Positions 1 through 9,497 of a stretch of 32,000 nt of DNA are shown here, piece by piece. The stretch is from positions 6,120,001 to 6,152,000 of the forward strand of contig NC_003272.1 in the NCBI RefSeq assembly GCF_000009705.1. The letters run 5' to 3'. Source of the DNA: Nostoc sp. PCC 7120 = FACHB-418 (lineage in GTDB: Bacteria; Cyanobacteriota; Cyanobacteriia; Cyanobacteriales; Nostocaceae). Each line of letters begins with the position of its first letter. Position 1 is the first letter of the stretch. Under the pieces are notes generated by a model, which saw only the letters and a list, made by a program, of their open reading frames with translations, was not told the origin of the DNA and ran no database searches. The position numbers and the translations under genes are program-made.

Positions 1-1044
1 GCAAATGGGGGGGACATTCGGGCGGGATAGCACTAGCATCTACACCCAAATACACAACAAACGCCCCTGATGCTTGGGGGAGTTTATTGACACGCTGCTT
101 ATAACCTGATGGAGCCTTGTCGCCTAATAGTTGCACTAGGTTCTGCACAGTCACGTTAGCAACTATGTGGTCTGCTTCTTCTGTCCAAACTTCCCCTGTT
201 TTTTGGTTTCTGATGACGACAGCAGATGCTTTACCGTTTTCCACTTTGATTTGTTCAACGGTATGACGCATCAATAATTTACCGCCATCTCTTTCTAACG
301 CTTCGACTAGGCGATCGCTTAATACCTGCATACTACCTTCTAGGTGAAATAATCCCTGTGGTAGTTGGGACACACTCAACGCCGTTGCAGCATAAAGTAA
401 AGCCGTCTCCTCAGCGTTGACTTGAGAATATAGTTTGAGTTGCAAATCTAAAAATGTCCTCAGTCGGTGGTCATTTCCCAAACCACACAACCTTAAAGCG
501 TCACCCACGGTAAATAGTGTGAAGGGTACAGTAACTAAGGTACTAGGACGTACCGCCTGGGTTAACTGCCACAAATCCCACAAATTACGCGGCGGTAAAA
601 CTGGGTCACGTCCTTGAAACTCCCAACTGGCATCAAATAAAGTAGCCATCAATTGCCAAAATGGTTCACTCCCAGGAAATTGTCTTTGGCGTTCTTCCTG
701 CCACTTTTTTGGGTCGCGCCAAACATTGATAGGTGTATTTTCCCCCGGTAAATAAACTGCACAAGCAGGGTCACAAGGTGTTGCATCTGGTAAATCTATT
801 TCCAGTTCCGAAAAGATGCGGTGATGGATTCCCCCTGGTTCTAAGCCTGCAACCTGAGTTGCACCCACATCAAAGGTGAATCCTTGGCGTTTAAATGTGG
901 AAGCACAACCCCCAGGAACAAGGGCTTGGTCTAATATGAGGACGCTGTAACCGCGATGGGCTAATAATGCACCAGCCGTTAGTCCGCCTATTCCCGCACC
1001 AATCACGACTACACGGGGTTTATTTTGCTTAACAATATTAGACA
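1..1044 (-). CDS. FAD-dependent oxidoreductase, phytoene desaturase/CrtI-CrtD-like family (3' end runs off the window)
   Basis: The minus-strand frame is open from the ATG at 1044-1042 to position 1. My translation begins MSNIVKQNKPRVVVIGAGIGGLTAGALLAHRGYSVLILDQALVPGGCASTF, a GxGxxG Rossmann FAD-binding N-terminus typical of CrtI-family desaturases/isomerases. It is missing from the ORF track because there is no stop inside the window. Confidence 0.7.
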
Positions 1045-1204
1045 TTTAGTTTACAAAAATTAATATTACTACTCATAATTTTACAAGCTAATTGCGGTGA
1101 AGTTGGGGCGATCGCTAAAGAAAAAACCTAACAATTGCACTGAGGACATTAATTTTCAGTTTCTGAGAAAATTGCTTTGAGAAAAAAATACAAGATACAG
1201 TCAC

Positions 1205-1768
1205 ATGAAATATATCAAGCGTCACGCTAACAAAATTGAGCTTATTGTCGAGGTGATTTTTTTAGTGGTCTTATTTCTGCTGGGATTTTTTCTGGATTAT
1301 AAATACGCTGCTTCCTTATATTGGAAATATTACTTATTTATGGCTGTTTTAGCCCTCATTTTACTTTTGCCAGTGTACTTGCAATCTCGGCGGAAACAAG
1401 AATTGTGGCTGTTTATCGGGTTCAATCTAAGTCTGTTAGCTTTGTACTTTGTAACTCTCTCGCCTGTCAAACCCTTCACTCAGTTTTATCTTGACATTAA
1501 ACATGGGATGACAATTCAAGAAGTGCAAAGCAGATTAAACCAGCGTTTTCCCAAAGGTGGAAGATTTCCTCAGCCAGAATCGCAACTTCTTGATGAACAT
1601 CAGGGTGTGCTAGAAAATATTAACCCAAAAGAAAAAGGCTTTTTAGCTGTACCTAACCAGTGTCTAAACTACATTCTTGACCTAAACGATGGTCGTTACA
1701 ATGCAGAAGTGGTAAATGTTTATTTCAAAAATGGCGAAGTGGTAGGAATGGAGTATTTGCCCGATTGA
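1205..1768 (+). CDS. hypothetical membrane protein (about three N-terminal TM helices plus a soluble C-terminal domain)
   Basis: 187-aa ORF with hydrophobic stretches (IELIVEVIFLVVLFLLGFF, LFMAVLALILLLPVYL, LWLFIGFNLSLLALYFV). I recognise no family. Confidence 0.5.
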   Translation: MKYIKRHANKIELIVEVIFLVVLFLLGFFLDYKYAASLYWKYYLFMAVLALILLLPVYLQSRRKQELWLFIGFNLSLLALYFVTLSPVKPFTQFYLDIKHGMTIQEVQSRLNQRFPKGGRFPQPESQLLDEHQGVLENINPKEKGFLAVPNQCLNYILDLNDGRYNAEVVNVYFKNGEVVGMEYLPD

Positions 1769-1891
1769 GAAAAAACCTTCAACCCAGCCTCAAAAAATCT
1801 TTGTGTGTCCGTTTCAGATGCAACAATCAAATATATTTTGGGGTGACGGATAAGATAAAGAAGTAACAGATCAGTTCATTCCCCACTACCC

Positions 1892-3172
1892 ATGACATCA
1901 ACCCTGCGGAAACTGCCCCGACTTAATGCCCCAAAGCTACATACACTACCCAATGGTTTGACGATCATAGTGGAGCAAATGCCAGTTGAAGCCGTGAATC
2001 TCAGTTTGTGGATTGATGTTGGCTCATCTGTAGAATCTGATGCCATTAACGGTATGGCTCACTTTTTAGAACACATGATTTTTAAAGGAACTGAGCGCCT
2101 TGCCAGTGGTGAATTTGAACGTCACATAGAAGAACGGGGTGCTGTGACTAATGCCGCCACTAGTCAAGACTATACTCATTACTATATAAATACTGCTCCT
2201 CAAGACTTTGCCAAATTAGCACCATTACAAATAGATGTAGTTTTAAATGCCAGTATTCCTGATGAAGCCTTTGAACGTGAGCGCTTTGTGGTTTTGGAAG
2301 AAATTAAACGTTCTGAAGACAATCCCCGCCGCCGTACTTTCCGTCGGGCAATGGAAACAGCATTTGCACAGTTACCCTACCGCCGTCCAGTATTGGGGCC
2401 AGAATCGATAATTTCCCAACTTACACCCCAACAGATGCGAGATTTTCACGCAAGTTGGTATCAACCCCAGTCAATCACGGCTGTAGCTGTGGGTAATTTA
2501 CCGGAAGAACAGTTAATTGAAACCATTACCGAAGGATTCAACCAACTCAAAAAAACTCCCCACTCCCCACTCCTTACTCCCCACTCCCTTCATCTCGAAC
2601 CTGCATTTACAGAAATTGTCCGTCGGGAATTTGTGGATGAAAGTCTCCAGCAAGCAAGACTAATCATGGTTTGGCGAGTTCCTGGGTTGAACCAGCTAGA
2701 ACAGACTTATGGCTTAGATGTTTTGGCTGGTATTCTGGCACATGGCAGAACATCTAGACTAGTTCAAGATTTGCGGGAAGAAAGAGGACTTGTGACTTCG
2801 ATTTCTGTCAGCAATATGAGTAATCGCTTGCAAGGAACGTTTTATATTTCCGCTAAGTGTGCGGTAGAAGATTTAGCGGCTGTAGAGGAAGCGATCGCCC
2901 AACATATCCGTAAACTACAAACAGAGTTAGTCACAGAAAAAGAAATCGCCCGTGTCCGTAAGCGTGTAGCCAACAGATTTATTTTTGGCAACGAAACACC
3001 AAGCGATCGCGCTGGATTATATGGCTTCTATCAATCACTGGTAGGAGATTTAGAACCAGCATTTAACTACCCAGCCCACATTCAAACCCAAGAAGCACCA
3101 GATTTACTTTTGGCTGCTAACCAGTATCTTTGCCCGGAAGCTTATGGTGTAGTTGTCATGAAACCAGCGTAG
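1892..3172 (+). CDS. M16 family zinc metallopeptidase (pitrilysin/insulinase-like processing peptidase)
   Basis: The inverted zinc motif HxxEH is present as HFLEHMIFKGT, in the usual M16 N-terminal context (GMAHFLEHM...NAATSQDYTHYY). The 426-aa length is typical. Confidence 0.9.
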   Translation: MTSTLRKLPRLNAPKLHTLPNGLTIIVEQMPVEAVNLSLWIDVGSSVESDAINGMAHFLEHMIFKGTERLASGEFERHIEERGAVTNAATSQDYTHYYINTAPQDFAKLAPLQIDVVLNASIPDEAFERERFVVLEEIKRSEDNPRRRTFRRAMETAFAQLPYRRPVLGPESIISQLTPQQMRDFHASWYQPQSITAVAVGNLPEEQLIETITEGFNQLKKTPHSPLLTPHSLHLEPAFTEIVRREFVDESLQQARLIMVWRVPGLNQLEQTYGLDVLAGILAHGRTSRLVQDLREERGLVTSISVSNMSNRLQGTFYISAKCAVEDLAAVEEAIAQHIRKLQTELVTEKEIARVRKRVANRFIFGNETPSDRAGLYGFYQSLVGDLEPAFNYPAHIQTQEAPDLLLAANQYLCPEAYGVVVMKPA

Positions 3173-3174
3173 AT

Positions 3175-3243
3175 TGGGTTTAGGGGTTTAAGGGTATAGG
3201 GGTGTAGGGGTTTAAGGGTTTAAGGGTTTAAGGGTTTAAGGGA
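3175..3243. repeat. G-rich STRR-like tandem repeat (TTTAAGGG octamers and GGGGT variants)
   Basis: Direct reading gives ...aggggtttaagggtataggggtgtagggg, followed by tttaaggg x4. Confidence 0.9.
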
Positions 3244-3297
3244 AACAACTAATAATTTAATTAAATCAAGATACCTCATAAATACTATTCTTCTCCT

Positions 3298-3418
3298 AAC
3301 CCCCATACCTCTATACTCACCACCCACACACACCCACACACCCCCTACACCCCTACACCCCCATACCCCTACACCCCCATACCCCTACACCCCCATACCC
3401 CTACACCCCCATACCCCT
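3298..3418. repeat. C-rich STRR-like tandem repeat (alternating CCCCTACA/CCCCCATA octamers, 16-nt period), inverse complement of the 3175-3243 array
   Basis: Direct reading shows cccctaca/cccccata repeated about 4.5 times, ending 8 nt before the ATG at 3427. acccctacacccc is the reverse complement of ggggtgtaggggt in the upstream array. Confidence 0.9.
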
Positions 3419-3426
3419 AATTCACA

Positions 3427-4290
3427 ATGTGGACTGAAATAGATACCCAAATTAGCCGGGTGACTGGCGAAAGGTTCCAGAGTCAGCAGAGGCGATCGGT
3501 TAGTGGTGGCTGTATTAACCAAGGCTATGCTGTTGCTGATGGTACATTGACCTATTTTGTCAAACTCAACCAAGCATCTCAAGTTGCCATGTTTGAGGCG
3601 GAAGCCCTGGGTTTAGAGCAAATGCTGACGACGAATAGCATCCGTGTTCCCAAGCCGATTTGTTGGGGAATCGCTGGTAATTCTGGCTACATTGTTTTGG
3701 AATGGCTAGAAATGGGAAGTGGTAACACCAATTCTTGGGAAGAGATGGGACGCAATTTGGCGAAAATGCACAAAGCCACTAGCCAGAAAGGATACGGCTG
3801 GGATATGAATAACACCATCGGTTCCACACCCCAAATCAACACTTGGACGGAAGATTGGACGGAATTTTATAGCAAACATCGCCTTGGTTATCAGTTTCAG
3901 TTAGCTAGGCGACGGGGTGGTAGTTTTCCCAAACAAGATGAGTTACTAGGGGCGCTTCCAGAACTATTGGCAGATCATGAAGTGCAACCATCTTTAGTAC
4001 ACGGTGATTTATGGGGTGGGAATGCTGGATGTACAGTTTCAGGGGAACCCGTGATATTTGATCCAGCCACTTATTTTGGGGATAGAGAAGTTGATATTGC
4101 CATGACAGAACTTTTTGGCGGTTTCCCCGCAGCTTTTTATAAAGGTTATAACCAAGTCTTTCCTTTAGATGCTGGCTATGAAAAACGGAAAACACTATAT
4201 AACCTGTATCACATCCTCAATCACTTCAATTTATTTGGTGGTGGTTATGCTTCCCAAGCCAATCGAATGATAGAACAGATTTTGCGTTGA
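3427..4290 (+). CDS. fructosamine/ketosamine kinase family protein
   Basis: 287 aa with the kinase catalytic-loop motif LVHGDLWGGN and a C-terminal YNLYHILNHFNLFGGGY, both typical of the fructosamine-3-kinase (APH-like) family. Confidence 0.85.
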   Translation: MWTEIDTQISRVTGERFQSQQRRSVSGGCINQGYAVADGTLTYFVKLNQASQVAMFEAEALGLEQMLTTNSIRVPKPICWGIAGNSGYIVLEWLEMGSGNTNSWEEMGRNLAKMHKATSQKGYGWDMNNTIGSTPQINTWTEDWTEFYSKHRLGYQFQLARRRGGSFPKQDELLGALPELLADHEVQPSLVHGDLWGGNAGCTVSGEPVIFDPATYFGDREVDIAMTELFGGFPAAFYKGYNQVFPLDAGYEKRKTLYNLYHILNHFNLFGGGYASQANRMIEQILR

Positions 4291-4371
4291 ATTGGCGATC
4301 GCATCAATTACGATATATTTGGTTTTGTTGGTAAGCTCATGCGCCCCTAAATCGCATAACTACTCATCAAG

Positions 4372-4411
4372 GCTGTTAACGGTTGACTGTTAACGGTCAA
4401 CCGTCAACAGC
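4372..4411 (+). terminator. 16-bp imperfect hairpin built from GTTAACG/GTTGAC heptamer repeats, between the kinase gene and recJ
   Basis: gctgttaacggttgac (4372-4387) pairs with gtcaaccgtcaacagc (4396-4411) with one mismatch. There is no clear T-tract, so terminator function is uncertain. Confidence 0.35.
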
Positions 4412-4423
4412 TATAGTATCTAA

Positions 4424-6574
4424 ATGCTAGACCGACCTCCTACGGAACTCTCAAAACCTCGCAGGCGCTTACCTAATCAGCGTTGGCATATTCACCTACA
4501 AAAAACAGATTTAGCCCAAAAACTAGCAGATGTAACAAATCTTTCGCCTATTGTTTGTCAATTGTTGATTAATCGGGGTATTGAAACACCAGAACAAGCA
4601 CAAGCATTTTTAGAACCTGAATCCTTAAATTTACCCTCGCCATTAGCAGAATTTCCAGACTTGGCGATGAGTGTGGAGTTATTACAAGAGGCGATCGCTT
4701 GCCAAAGTAAAATAGCTATCTGCGGTGATTATGATGCTGATGGGATGACTAGCACGGCTTTACTTTTGCGTAGTCTCCGCAGCTTAGGCGCTCAAGTAGA
4801 TTATGCTATTCCTAGCCGGATGCACGAAGGTTATGGCATTAATAAGCGGATTGTAGAAGAATTTCATAATGAGGGTGTGAGATTAATCCTGACTGTTGAT
4901 AATGGTATTTCTGCATTTGAACCAATCGCTAGAGCCAAAGAACTGGGTTTAAATGTCATTATCACCGACCACCACGACATCCCCCAAAAACTACCCCCAG
5001 CCGATGCAATCCTCAACCCGAAATTGATCGCTGAATCTTCGCCATATCGGGGTGTGGCTGGTGTTGGTGTTGCCTATATTTTGGCAGTAACCTTGGCACA
5101 AAAGCTAGACAAAACCAAAGGCTTAATTCAGCCGATGTTAGCACTGTTCACCTTGGGAACGATCGCAGATTTAGCTCCTTTAAGTGGTGTTAACCGTCGC
5201 TGGGTAAAGCGCGGTTTAAAGCTTTTACCTAAATCCCAATTACCAGGAATCCAAGCGTTAATTCAAGTTGCGGGAGTACAAGCCACAGGTGAGGGTGTAG
5301 GGGTGCAGGGGTCTAAGGGTGTAGGGAAAGACAAACTAATACTCCCTGTCCAATCCCCAGCCACCACCCCTAAAACTCTCAAGCCAGAAGATATCGGTTT
5401 TCGTTTGGGGCCGCGTATCAATGCGGTGGGGCGGATTGGCGACCCTTTGACGGTAATTGAATTACTGACAACAGATGATGAGGGACTAGCTTTGGAACGC
5501 GCTATGCAGTGCGAACAGGCTAATACTAGTCGCCAGCAAATGTGCGAAGAAATCGAACAACAAGCGATCGCCCACGTAGAGGAGTTGTATGCAACGTCTC
5601 TACAACAAGACCGGGTATTGGTTGTGATCCAACCCCATTGGCATCATGGTGTAATTGGTATTGTCGCTTCCCGCTTAGTAGAACGTTACGGCGTTCCCGT
5701 CTTTATTGGTACTTATGAAGATGAAGAACTAATTCGCGGTTCAGCTAGGAGTATCCCGGAATTTAATGTATTTACTGCATTAGAATATTGTCACGACTTG
5801 CTGGGTAAATATGGTGGTCACAAAGCCGCCGGCGGATTTTCCTTCCCCGCTACTAATTTACCGAAGTTGCGATCGCGTCTGCGTGAGTTTGCTAATCAAT
5901 GTTTGCAACCCCAACACCTCAAGCCGTTACTGCAAATTGATGTTGAGGCTAACTTTAATCAAATCCATCAAGAACTGTATCAACAGCTAAATTCTCTCCA
6001 CCCTTGCGGTATCGATAACCCTGATCCGGTTTTTTGGACACCCAACGTTCAAGTTGTAGAACAGCAAATAGTCGGCAAAGGTCATATCAAAGTCACACTC
6101 AGCCAAACTATCAACGGTCAACAATATCAATTTAAGGCGATCGCTTGGCGTTGGCGTGATTATTACCCCTTACCATCAAGATTAGATATAGCTTACAAAT
6201 TGCGCGAAAATAACTTTAATGGTAATACTAGTCTGGAGTTAGAATTATTAGGTGTGAGACTGGCAAAGAAACAAATTGAGGAGCAGTCAAACCAGTTACA
6301 ACTTATTTATCAAGCTTCTCCCAAACCTTTAAGAACCGCCTTCAAGCACAATCAACGTCAATATACTTGTGGGGTTTATCAAAATAATTCTCTCCCCGAA
6401 CTCAGAATCAAAAACTCAGATGGCAAAGTTCTAGTGATGCAGCCAGGAAACATAGTCGGGTTACTAGGAACTAGTCGTGAAGATGCCCTAGAAATTGATT
6501 TAACTTTACCCCAATATGATTCTATTATTCAAGCCGCTATGCAAGCATTATCAATGCTGAGTGCTGAGTGCTGA
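4424..6574 (+). CDS. recJ: single-stranded-DNA-specific exonuclease RecJ
   Basis: DHH-family motifs are present: CGDYDADGMTS, TVDNGIS, ITDHHD and the DHHA1 motif GGHKAAGGF. The 716-aa length is consistent with cyanobacterial RecJ. Confidence 0.9.
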   Translation: MLDRPPTELSKPRRRLPNQRWHIHLQKTDLAQKLADVTNLSPIVCQLLINRGIETPEQAQAFLEPESLNLPSPLAEFPDLAMSVELLQEAIACQSKIAICGDYDADGMTSTALLLRSLRSLGAQVDYAIPSRMHEGYGINKRIVEEFHNEGVRLILTVDNGISAFEPIARAKELGLNVIITDHHDIPQKLPPADAILNPKLIAESSPYRGVAGVGVAYILAVTLAQKLDKTKGLIQPMLALFTLGTIADLAPLSGVNRRWVKRGLKLLPKSQLPGIQALIQVAGVQATGEGVGVQGSKGVGKDKLILPVQSPATTPKTLKPEDIGFRLGPRINAVGRIGDPLTVIELLTTDDEGLALERAMQCEQANTSRQQMCEEIEQQAIAHVEELYATSLQQDRVLVVIQPHWHHGVIGIVASRLVERYGVPVFIGTYEDEELIRGSARSIPEFNVFTALEYCHDLLGKYGGHKAAGGFSFPATNLPKLRSRLREFANQCLQPQHLKPLLQIDVEANFNQIHQELYQQLNSLHPCGIDNPDPVFWTPNVQVVEQQIVGKGHIKVTLSQTINGQQYQFKAIAWRWRDYYPLPSRLDIAYKLRENNFNGNTSLELELLGVRLAKKQIEEQSNQLQLIYQASPKPLRTAFKHNQRQYTCGVYQNNSLPELRIKNSDGKVLVMQPGNIVGLLGTSREDALEIDLTLPQYDSIIQAAMQALSMLSAEC

Positions 6575-6603
6575 GTATAAATTTCACAATCACTCAGCGC
6601 TCA
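6556..6603. repeat. GCTGAGT heptamer x3 at the recJ stop, pairing with a downstream cactcagcgctca (possible bidirectional terminator for recJ and psb30)
   Basis: gctgagtgctgagtgctgagt lies at 6556-6576 and spans the recJ stop codon. The near-complementary cactcagcgctca lies at 6591-6603. The element sits between convergent genes. Confidence 0.4.
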
Positions 6604-6609
6604 TTACTC

Positions 6610-6732
6610 TTATAGGTTGCCGTTGCGGAATGCCAGCACAAAAATCACAGCAGGCCCAGCAATGATTATTAGTGCAACAGAGGTTAGCTGGAAAATAACT
6701 TCCCAATTGATGTTGGCTAAAGCGTCAAACAT
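6610..6732 (-). CDS. psb30: photosystem II reaction centre protein Psb30 (Ycf12)
   Basis: A 40-aa minus-strand ORF below the track's size cutoff. My translation is [40 protein letters not shown]. It has a single TM helix and the AGPAVI...R.GNL C-terminus characteristic of Ycf12/Psb30. Confidence 0.8.
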   Translation of the reverse strand: MFDALANINWEVIFQLTSVALIIIAGPAVIFVLAFRNGNL

Positions 6733-6858
6733 TTGTCTCTATTCCTCCCAATTGTCTTAGAATTACTCAGTTGCAGTTGCAAAACCCGTATTAGATCATA
6801 TCCGGCGATCGCCTGTAATATTTAATTTACTTAATAAAAGTATAGGAAAAAACATAAA

Positions 6859-7209
6859 ATGGCAAACTGGCAATGCGTCAAACAATGTGGAGCCTGCTGC
6901 AATCTTGACCCAGCAGAACGCCCAGAAATAGAAGACTATCTCACACCAGATGAACTAGAGATTTACTTCAGCATGGTAGGCGAAGGTGGATGGTGCGTTA
7001 ACTTTGACCATACCACAAGAGAATGTCGCATCTACTCAACACGTCCCCGTTTCTGCCGTGTAGAGCCAGATATATTTCAGGATATGTATGGTATTGAGTC
7101 AGAAGAACTAAATGATTTTGCTATTGAGTGCTGTCGCCAACAAATTGAAGGGGTCTACGGTGACAGAAGTCTGGAAATGCTGCGTTTTGATAAAGCTGTG
7201 GGTATTTAA
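6859..7209 (+). CDS. YkgJ-family cysteine-cluster protein (UPF0153, putative Fe-S/zinc protein)
   Basis: 116 aa with an N-terminal CVKQCGACCN (CxxxCxxCC) motif and further Cys residues (WCVNF, ECRIY, RFCRV) typical of this family. Confidence 0.8.
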   Translation: MANWQCVKQCGACCNLDPAERPEIEDYLTPDELEIYFSMVGEGGWCVNFDHTTRECRIYSTRPRFCRVEPDIFQDMYGIESEELNDFAIECCRQQIEGVYGDRSLEMLRFDKAVGI

Positions 7210-7240
7210 AGTTATGTGAAGCTAGTTTTAATCTGAAACA

Positions 7241-7792
7241 TCATTTTAAAGCTGCTTCCCACCAAATTCGGAGAGGATGATTTTTAGCGGGTAAGTAGCG
7301 ACCTTGAAGCCGAATTGTGTTGAGTACATTACGTAGTTCAGAGGAATCAAGCCTGGCTATTTCTGCCCAATGCTTGATGATTTCTGGGGTGGATAAAATC
7401 TGAATATTTGCGGCTTCCTTTTGTATGAATGCGATCGCCCGTTTGTCATCAGTAGCGATCGCCCATTGTCGATGAACTGCAACGGCACAAGTAGCCGATT
7501 CACCATCATCACCGAGAATAGCCGCATAGTTTACATAAGATTCTTCCTCTTGTTCTGACTCAAAATCTACGACTTTGAGTAAACCTTGCTTAATCGCTTC
7601 CTCAAATTTGATTGCACCCTTGTTTTCTTTTTCCTTGAGGCGTTGGAGTGTTTTTAACTCATATTCCTGAACAACTGTAGTAACCACAACCTCAGCAGGA
7701 ATAGATTTCAAGATGCCCAGAAAATCACCCGAAGCACAAAAGTTGAGAACACAACAAGCATCAAGAATCAGGTGGGAATGATTAATTTGCAT
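7241..7792 (-). CDS. PIN-like domain protein (putative toxin partner of the upstream Xre-ImmA/IrrE gene; DUF4411-like)
   Basis: 183 aa with acidic residues spaced as in a PIN fold (LILDACCV; VVQEYE; GDDGESATCAVA; IATDDKRA). Its start lies 9 nt after the stop of the 7802-9010 gene, so the two look co-transcribed. Confidence 0.6.
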   Translation of the reverse strand: MQINHSHLILDACCVLNFCASGDFLGILKSIPAEVVVTTVVQEYELKTLQRLKEKENKGAIKFEEAIKQGLLKVVDFESEQEEESYVNYAAILGDDGESATCAVAVHRQWAIATDDKRAIAFIQKEAANIQILSTPEIIKHWAEIARLDSSELRNVLNTIRLQGRYLPAKNHPLRIWWEAALK

Positions 7793-7801
7793 AAATTGTT
7801 C

Positions 7802-9010
7802 TCACTTCCCACCAGCCTGGATCTGACGCAGGTCGAAATCAGGAGCTTCTTCCATCATTCCACTTGAATATTCCCGTAACGCTTCGGCGATGCGTCGTGC
7901 TTCCAAGCGGTCAACACAGAGGAAATCAGCAAAACGCCCTTCAGTAATCAAACCCTGATCTAGCGCCTCAATTGCCAAGTGTTGATAGTGGAGAGGCATC
8001 ATATCAACCCTTTGGGGTATGTCTTCCAAACCAAGTTCCTGCTGCACTTTCCTAACTTTTAATCCCCTATCTCGCAATTTTTCCCAAGTTCCAGTAGGCA
8101 GAAGTTCTATTTCCTCAAGTCGATAAACAAGTGCTTCTACAGAAACACCGTAATAATGGGCTAGTGTAAATAGATTAGTGGGAGTGAATTTGCCATGAGT
8201 ACGGTACATATCATTGAACCGCTTAAGCAATCCACTGGTAGGCATCAGAAAATATTTGGGGAAAGTTTCCGCTAATTGCTCACTTTCTGGCATTCTTTGA
8301 TACTGATTATCAAAATGGAACTCTGGTTTTCGCCGATGTGCCAAAAAATGCAGGTATCCGTGCGCCATTGACCAACGTCTTCGCTCCTCTGGATGATGAG
8401 CATTGATAGCCATACATCCACCTATTTGCTCGTTATAGCTGTACACTTCTGAGTATTTTTGTGGCATCTGCAAATAGAAGATACGTAAACCCACATCTTG
8501 TTCAAGGATGTCTCGAAGTTTAGGAATAGGAGCATCCCCCAAACCCAGCCTTTGACGCTCTGCAATTGCTAGACTCTCCGCAGCCGATTTAATCGGCATA
8601 TTTTTTACCTGATACTCCAGAGGATAGTTTTGCGGCAGTGGCGCGTCCATAATCTGCTCAAGTTCCAGATAATTCTGGCAAAGTTCCTCTAATTTGAGGA
8701 TAAATGGTTTAATTTCTGCCTCTTCTTCCTCACTGCGCTGATAAACTGCCCTAAACTGTACCTCAAAAGGTTGTACCACCGGACGCGGACGCACAAAGTC
8801 ACTAACAGAACATCCGTAAGCACGAGCCAGTTTGATCAGTTCATTGGGTTTAATGCGGCGTTCTCCTTTTTCGATCGCAATCATCGTGGTACGTGCAGCA
8901 TCAATCACCTTAGCTGCATCAGCCTGCGTCATACTACACTTCTTACGTGCTTGTTGAAGGAGTTCTCCCAGTGTCCCCAGGTTGATATTGTCGAGGATGT
9001 TAGTAGCCAT
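7802..9010 (-). CDS. XRE-family HTH regulator fused to an ImmA/IrrE (COG2856) metallopeptidase-like domain
   Basis: The N-terminal HTH is LQQARKKCSMTQADAAKVIDAARTTMIAIEKGERRIKPNELIKLARAYG. The central region aligns to the ImmA/IrrE zinc motif but reads AHGYLHFLAH, followed by EQLAETFPKYFLMP. I place the start at the ATG at 9010, which has GAGGA 9 nt upstream, rather than at the TTG at 9025. Confidence 0.8.
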   Translation of the reverse strand: MATNILDNINLGTLGELLQQARKKCSMTQADAAKVIDAARTTMIAIEKGERRIKPNELIKLARAYGCSVSDFVRPRPVVQPFEVQFRAVYQRSEEEEAEIKPFILKLEELCQNYLELEQIMDAPLPQNYPLEYQVKNMPIKSAAESLAIAERQRLGLGDAPIPKLRDILEQDVGLRIFYLQMPQKYSEVYSYNEQIGGCMAINAHHPEERRRWSMAHGYLHFLAHRRKPEFHFDNQYQRMPESEQLAETFPKYFLMPTSGLLKRFNDMYRTHGKFTPTNLFTLAHYYGVSVEALVYRLEEIELLPTGTWEKLRDRGLKVRKVQQELGLEDIPQRVDMMPLHYQHLAIEALDQGLITEGRFADFLCVDRLEARRIAEALREYSSGMMEEAPDFDLRQIQAGGK

Positions 9011-9137
9011 AATATTTTTCCTCAACCTTGTTGAGCAGGAGAGGTTGATTGCATGAGACTGTTATAGAACTATTCTAACAATGTCAGGTATTAAGTATTT
9101 TTTATAATTAATATGTCAGATTTAATAGGAATATTTG

Positions 9138-9461
9138 ATGGTTAGTTTCTCCTTCCAAACCGATGAGGACACTGTGCGCTTATTTCAAATAGTTATCTGG
9201 TGTCTCAAGAAATACTTCTGTCATACAGATGACTCAGCCCTACAAGTTATAAACAGTTACTATGAAAAAAATTTAAAAATACATGACGATGATTTTTACC
9301 ACCATGAAATGCCGTTCAGGGTAGCACTAAGAATTCATTACTTTGAAGTTTTGAAGGGAGAAACTAATAAATTTCATGACTGGATACAAGAATCTAATTA
9401 TAATTCTTCCCCTAGAGAAGCAATTGACTACTTTAAAAAGCATTATTTTGTGAAACATTAA
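9138..9461 (+). CDS. hypothetical protein (AT-rich orphan ORF in the TA islet)
   Basis: 107-aa ORF starting at the ATG at 9138. A TATAAT lies at 9103-9108 upstream. I recognise no family, and the composition is visibly AT-richer than the flanking genes. Confidence 0.4.
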   Translation: MVSFSFQTDEDTVRLFQIVIWCLKKYFCHTDDSALQVINSYYEKNLKIHDDDFYHHEMPFRVALRIHYFEVLKGETNKFHDWIQESNYNSSPREAIDYFKKHYFVKH

Positions 9462-9497
9462 TCCGAGTTATTGTAATTTATCTAGCTTTAAAAACTT

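Noticed and set aside
3175-3418. Could the regularly spaced short repeats be a CRISPR array?
   Set aside because: The units are only 8 nt and directly abut each other with no unique spacers. No cas genes are present. The pattern matches the STRR-type tandem repeats typical of heterocystous cyanobacteria.
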